From an uncultured Eubacteriales bacterium (GTDB lineage: Bacteria; Bacillota; Clostridia; Christensenellales; CALVMC01), in NCBI GenBank assembly GCA_949296455.1, contig CASFOZ010000003.1, positions 83,767 through 147,766 of the forward strand: a stretch of 64,000 nucleotides of DNA. Direction: 5' to 3'. Positions 59,486 to 64,000 of this stretch are shown piece after piece; the stretch's first letter is position 1; each line of letters opens with the position of its first letter. A program made the translations under genes and the position numbers. Below the pieces are notes generated by a model. That model saw only the letters and a program-made list of their open reading frames with translations. It searched no databases and was not told the DNA's origin.

Positions 59486-60792
59486 TAAAGTATATACTTC
59501 CTTAAATTCAAAGAATTTACCTCTTTGTCGAGGGTTTCCAAAACATATTTTTTATCTATAACGACATCTGTCATAACATCGAGTCCGCCGGCATTAAAAG
59601 AAATATCTTCAAGTAACAATTCCATTACCGTATGAAGTCTTCTTGCGCCGATATTTTCTTTATTTTCATTTTCGCTTGCCGCAATTTTGGCAATTTCTTC
59701 TATTGCGTCGTCTTTGAAAATGAGTCTTATATTATCTACTGCAAGAAGCTGAGCATATTGACTCGTTATAGAATTATCGGGTTTTGTAAGAATGTTTATA
59801 AAATCTTTTTCCGAAAGACTTTCGAGAGTTACGCATATAGGAAATCTTCCTTGCAATTCAGGAATCAAATCGGAAATATTGGAAATGTGAAATGCTCCCG
59901 CTGCAATAAACAGAATAAAATCCGTTCTTATTGCCCCGTATTTTGTTGTAACGCTGCAACCTTCGACTATGGGCAATATATCTCTCTGAACTCCTTCACG
60001 GGAAACATCGGGTCCGCCCTGATTTCCTTTGGCAGCAATTTTATCGATTTCGTCGATAAATATAATTCCTTCCTGTTCTGCTCTTCTTATTGCCTCAACA
60101 TTTACGCTGTCGTTATCTATAAGTTTTTCCGATTCCTGGTCGAACAGAATTTTCTTTGCGTCGGAAACTTTGATTTTTCTTTTTTTCTTATTTTTAGGAA
60201 TCATACCTCCGAAAATATCGCCGATATTGAGTTCTATACCGCTACCGGGCATAACGTTCATTGTTTTATGTGTTTCGGCAAGTTCGAGTTCCACGATAAA
60301 ATCGTCTAGTTTACCGGCTCTGTAATCTTCTATAACAGCTCCTAAATGCGCCTCATCGCTCATTCCGTCTTTTTTGGGAATTTGCATTGCAAGGGGTTTG
60401 ACAAGTAACATTTCAACAGTTTTTAAAGCTTTGTCTTTTACTTCTTTTATTTTTTCTTCTTTAACGAGACGAACCGAAACTTCCGCAAGGTCTCTTATCA
60501 TAGATTCGACATCACGTCCTACATAACCTACCTCGGTAAATTTAGTCGCTTCAACTTTAACGAAAGGTGCTTTAACGAGTTTAGCAAGCCTTCTTGCTAT
60601 TTCGGTCTTACCTACGCCGGTAGGTCCTTTCATTATAATATTTTTTGGAGTAATTTCTTCTCTTTGTTCTTCGGTAAGTTTGCTTCTTCTGTATCTGTTT
60701 CTGAGAGCGACCGCAACGGCTCTTTTAGCACTGTTCTGACCGATAATGTATCTGTCGAGTTCTGCAACGATTTTTTTAGGGGTTAAATTCAT
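59485..60792 (-). CDS. hslU: HslU (ClpY) ATPase
   Basis: GPTGVGKTE, GYVGRD, DEIDK, REGVQRD, ELQGRFP, GARRL. Confidence 0.97.
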   Translation of the reverse strand: MNLTPKKIVAELDRYIIGQNSAKRAVAVALRNRYRRSKLTEEQREEITPKNIIMKGPTGVGKTEIARRLAKLVKAPFVKVEATKFTEVGYVGRDVESMIRDLAEVSVRLVKEEKIKEVKDKALKTVEMLLVKPLAMQIPKKDGMSDEAHLGAVIEDYRAGKLDDFIVELELAETHKTMNVMPGSGIELNIGDIFGGMIPKNKKKRKIKVSDAKKILFDQESEKLIDNDSVNVEAIRRAEQEGIIFIDEIDKIAAKGNQGGPDVSREGVQRDILPIVEGCSVTTKYGAIRTDFILFIAAGAFHISNISDLIPELQGRFPICVTLESLSEKDFINILTKPDNSITSQYAQLLAVDNIRLIFKDDAIEEIAKIAASENENKENIGARRLHTVMELLLEDISFNAGGLDVMTDVVIDKKYVLETLDKEVNSLNLRKYIL

Positions 60793-61328
60793 CAGAGCAC
60801 CTCCACCGTAATATTGTCGTTAGTGTAAACGCAAATTTCGCTTGCAATCTTTAAAGCTTTAACGGCGATATCTTCTGCCGATAAATCTGTATTCTGCGCA
60901 AGAGCACGTGCTGCCGCCATAGCATAGTTTCCGCCGCTTCCGATTGCGCAAATACCTTCTTCCGGGTCAATTACATCGCCCGAACCTGAAACGATAAACA
61001 TTTCTTCGCTGTTACAAACAATCATCATTGCATCGAGTTTTCTAGGAACCTTATCGTTTCTCCAAAGTTCTGCAAGTTCAACGCAGCTTCTCATAAGATT
61101 GCCCGAATATTTTTGAAGCATTTTTTCAAATTTTTCGCACAATGTAAAAGCATCGCTAACGCTGCCTGCAAAGCCGATTATTACTTTGTTATCGTATAAT
61201 TTTTTTATTTTTTTTGCGTTTGATTTAAAAATAACGCTTTCGCTTAAAGTGACCTGACCGTCACCCGCTATTGCGGTCTTACCGTTCTTTTTAACTGCGC
61301 AAATCGTAGTTGAATGAAATTCTGACAT
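60792..61328 (-). CDS. hslV: HslV (ClpQ) threonine protease
   Basis: HSTTICAV, AGDGQVT, GFAGS, AIGSGG, ICVYTN. Confidence 0.96.
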   Translation of the reverse strand: MSEFHSTTICAVKKNGKTAIAGDGQVTLSESVIFKSNAKKIKKLYDNKVIIGFAGSVSDAFTLCEKFEKMLQKYSGNLMRSCVELAELWRNDKVPRKLDAMMIVCNSEEMFIVSGSGDVIDPEEGICAIGSGGNYAMAAARALAQNTDLSAEDIAVKALKIASEICVYTNDNITVEVL

Positions 61329-61350
61329 AATCTCTCCTGTTATTAAATAT

Positions 61351-62655
61351 TTAAATATTTTTAACTGTATCGTTAAATTTAATTATATCATTAACGGCTC
61401 GTTTTGAAAACTCTTTTTTCCTAAGTTGTTTATCTTTTATAACGGTATCGAGAGGTTTTAAAAGACCGAAATTAGCATTCATTGGCTGAAAATTGTCGAC
61501 ATTGGAAGTTATATATCTTAAAAGACTTCCGATTATAGTGTTTTCGGATGGGATACTTGATTCTTTACCCTTTAATTTCAGTGCGGTATTTATACCGGCA
61601 ATAAGTCCTGAGGCAGCGCTTTCGACATATCCTTCTACACCTGTAATCTGTCCTGCAAAAAATATTTTTTCGTATTTTTTCATACTCAAATCTGAATTTA
61701 AAATTTTAGGTGAATTTAAAAAAGTATTCCTATGCATAACTCCGTATCTCAAAAATTCCGCATTTTTCAACGCCGGTATTAAAGAGAATACTCTTTTTTG
61801 TTCCGGGAATGTAAGATGTGTCTGAAATCCTACAATATTGTACATTGTACCTTCTTTATTTTCCCTTCTGAGTTGAACTACTGCATAATACTTTTTCCCT
61901 TCGTTATAAAGTCCTACGGGTTTAAGAGGTCCGAACCTTAATGTATTTTCTCCTCGCAAAGCCATAACTTCAACAGGCATACAGCCTTCGAATACCATGT
62001 TTTTTTCAAAGCCTTTGACTTCTGCACATTTTGCGTGTATGAGTTCATTAAAAAACAAATCATATTCTTCTTTATTCATAGGAAGATTCAGATAATCGAA
62101 TTTATCTCCTTTCCCGTACCTGCTTGCAAAAAAAGCCTTGTCGTAATCAATACTTTCGGCTGACACTATGGGACTTGCAGCATCGTAAAAATGAAGATAA
62201 TCGCATCCTATCAATTCCTTTATACTTGCAGCCAAACTGTCGCTTGTCAAAGGTCCGCTCGCTATAATCGTATATTCGCCTGTGTCTATATCGGTTACTT
62301 CATCTGTAACAAGTTTAAAATCCGGCAAAGATAAAAGTTCTTTAGTAACATTTTCAGAAAAAAGCGCTCTGTCAACCGATAGAGCGCTCCCTGACGGAAC
62401 AGAACACTTTTTTGCACATTTTATTATAAGACTGTCTAAAACCGACATTTCTTCTTTTAAAAGTCCCGATGCCGTTTCAAGTCCTGTGCTTTTAAGGCTG
62501 TTTGAACAAACTAATTCGCAAAGATTACCTGTGGAATGACAAGGAGTAAATTTCTTCGGACGCATTTCGTAAAGTATTGTTTTTATACCTCTTTTAGCAA
62601 GTTGATAGCTTGCTTCGCATCCTGCAAGCCCTCCGCCTATTACTTTAACCGTCAT
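61351..62655 (-). CDS. trmFO: Folate/FAD-dependent tRNA m5U54 methyltransferase
   Basis: GGGLAGCEA, ELVCSNS, FYDAASP, FEGCMP, GVMHRN, GQITGVEGY. Confidence 0.96.
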   Translation of the reverse strand: MTVKVIGGGLAGCEASYQLAKRGIKTILYEMRPKKFTPCHSTGNLCELVCSNSLKSTGLETASGLLKEEMSVLDSLIIKCAKKCSVPSGSALSVDRALFSENVTKELLSLPDFKLVTDEVTDIDTGEYTIIASGPLTSDSLAASIKELIGCDYLHFYDAASPIVSAESIDYDKAFFASRYGKGDKFDYLNLPMNKEEYDLFFNELIHAKCAEVKGFEKNMVFEGCMPVEVMALRGENTLRFGPLKPVGLYNEGKKYYAVVQLRRENKEGTMYNIVGFQTHLTFPEQKRVFSLIPALKNAEFLRYGVMHRNTFLNSPKILNSDLSMKKYEKIFFAGQITGVEGYVESAASGLIAGINTALKLKGKESSIPSENTIIGSLLRYITSNVDNFQPMNANFGLLKPLDTVIKDKQLRKKEFSKRAVNDIIKFNDTVKNI

Positions 62656-64000
62656 TTTTTATACCGACTTCCACTGGATGTGTTTCAGAATAATTGCACT
62701 GTTTGTTTATACAAGTATAAACTACCGCTTCTTTGGTTTTTTTCATATACATTGTACTGTTGCATTTAGGGCAGAAAATCGGAGCAGGAATTTCCCACGA
62801 AATGAAATCGCAATCGGGATACCCTGTACAACTGTAAAATATCTTTCCTTTTTTACTTCTTCTTTTAACGATACTTTTTCCGCATTTAGGACACTTGGAA
62901 ACTTCTTCAGCCAAACTTTTAATATTTCTGCATTTCGGAAAATTCGGACAAGCGAGAAATTTACCGTATCTTCCTGATTTGACAACCATATTAGCGCCGC
63001 ACTTTTCGCATTTTACATCCGAAACTTCATATTCGGGCTTAAATTTCTCACCGTCGTTTGACGCTATTATAAGTTTTTCTTTAAGCGGCGGATAAAAATC
63101 GGAAATAACTTTTTTCCATTCTATCTGTCCTTCTTCAATCTTATCTAAAATGGATTCCATATTTGCGGTAAACTTATAATCCATAATATCTTCGAAATAT
63201 TTATTCATAGTATCGACTACGACGATTCCGAGCGCAGTAGGTTTAAAACATTTATTTTCCTTTTCCACATACTGTCTTTTATTAAGAACGGAAATAATAG
63301 AAGCGTAAGTACTCGGTCTTCCGATGCCGTTTTCTTCCATGGCTTTTACAAGACTTGCGTCGGTGTATCTTGCCGGCGGCTTGGTAAATTTCTGTTCGTA
63401 CTTATACTCTATCAAAGACAAATTCTCACCTTCGACTAGATTAGGCAATAAACTTACCTCTTCATCTTCTTCGTCTTTACTTTGAATTTGAGCTTGGGAA
63501 TAAACGGCAGTATAACCGTCGAATTTAAGAGATTTACCTTTAAGAGAAAACCCGTACTGAATTCCCGATTTACAATCTGCGGCGACACGAACAGTCAAAG
63601 TATCGTATAGCGCTTCCGTCATCTGACTTGCCAAAAATCTTTCGTAAATAAGTTTATATAATCTATAATGATTTCTTGAAAGTTTCTTTTGCATTTCTTC
63701 GGGAGTTCTGTCGAGAGAAATAGGTCTTATAGCCTCGTGTGCGTCCTGAGCGCCGGCTTTGGAGTGATATTCGTTATATTTTTCAGGAACATATCTTTCT
63801 CCGTAATTTGAAATTATATACTGTTTAGCTTCCGCTTTTGCGTCGTCTGAAACACGGACGCTGTCTGTTCTAATATAGGTAACCAAAGCGACATGCCCTT
63901 CGCCCGGTATTTCTATTCCTTCGTAAAGCTGTTGAGCAAGTTGCATAATCTGAGGGGAAGAAAGATTCAGTTTATGCGAAGCGTCTTGCTGCATAGTACT
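62645..64000 (-). CDS. topA: DNA topoisomerase I, C-terminal part (starts beyond window end)
   Basis: AQQLYE, TYIRTDS catalytic Tyr, QDAHEAIRP, GIGRPSTY, C-terminal C4 zinc ribbons. Confidence 0.97.
   Translation of the reverse strand, partial: STMQQDASHKLNLSSPQIMQLAQQLYEGIEIPGEGHVALVTYIRTDSVRVSDDAKAEAKQYIISNYGERYVPEKYNEYHSKAGAQDAHEAIRPISLDRTPEEMQKKLSRNHYRLYKLIYERFLASQMTEALYDTLTVRVAADCKSGIQYGFSLKGKSLKFDGYTAVYSQAQIQSKDEEDEEVSLLPNLVEGENLSLIEYKYEQKFTKPPARYTDASLVKAMEENGIGRPSTYASIISVLNKRQYVEKENKCFKPTALGIVVVDTMNKYFEDIMDYKFTANMESILDKIEEGQIEWKKVISDFYPPLKEKLIIASNDGEKFKPEYEVSDVKCEKCGANMVVKSGRYGKFLACPNFPKCRNIKSLAEEVSKCPKCGKSIVKRRSKKGKIFYSCTGYPDCDFISWEIPAPIFCPKCNSTMYMKKTKEAVVYTCINKQCNYSETHPVEVGIKNDG

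Noticed and set aside
59632-60309. Long antisense ORFs (225 aa here; also 40160-40762, 20517-21068, 32499-32993)
   Set aside because: All lie opposite well-conserved or plausible genes, have Phe/Ile/Cys-rich shadow composition, and lack an SD or recognisable motifs.
1-64000. Mobile elements, prophage, CRISPR arrays, defence systems, tRNA and rRNA genes
   Set aside because: No integrase, transposase, cas or phage-like ORFs, no periodic repeats and no cloverleaf or rRNA signatures seen; almost all sequence is accounted for by housekeeping genes.

Overview
A 64-kb, AT-rich, densely packed core-genome segment from a spore-forming Firmicute, most likely Clostridia (inferred from gene content). 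About 60 genes are present, nearly all on the minus strand. Contents in order: the start of the dcw cluster (mraZ-rsmH-ftsL-position gene-spoVD/ftsI-murE); tig-clpP-clpX and lon-engB separated by a three-gene insert; icd-purEMNHDL; tsaE-tsaB-rimI-hydrolase-murF-ddl; FMN riboswitch-ribU; ZTP riboswitch-pflBA; lysine riboswitch-asd-dapA-dapB; murB, aspartokinase and cdaA; and a long topA-trmFO-hslVU-hisS-aspS-...-glyA-holA run. I found no mobile element, CRISPR array, rRNA or tRNA. The most notable observations are: (1) DapB fused to an aspartokinase-beta-like tandem ACT module; (2) four operon-leading genes that appear leaderless, with a -10 hexamer exactly 6 nt before the ATG and no Shine-Dalgarno sequence; (3) an alpha/beta-hydrolase / membrane-anchored MurF / Ddl module whose hydrolase seems to start at a non-canonical ATT; (4) a non-coiled-coil membrane protein in the ftsL slot; (5) several clear operator and promoter motifs (MraZ repeats, a Fur/PerR-like palindrome, sigK-type promoters). 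All product calls come from recognising motifs by eye; no database search was run.
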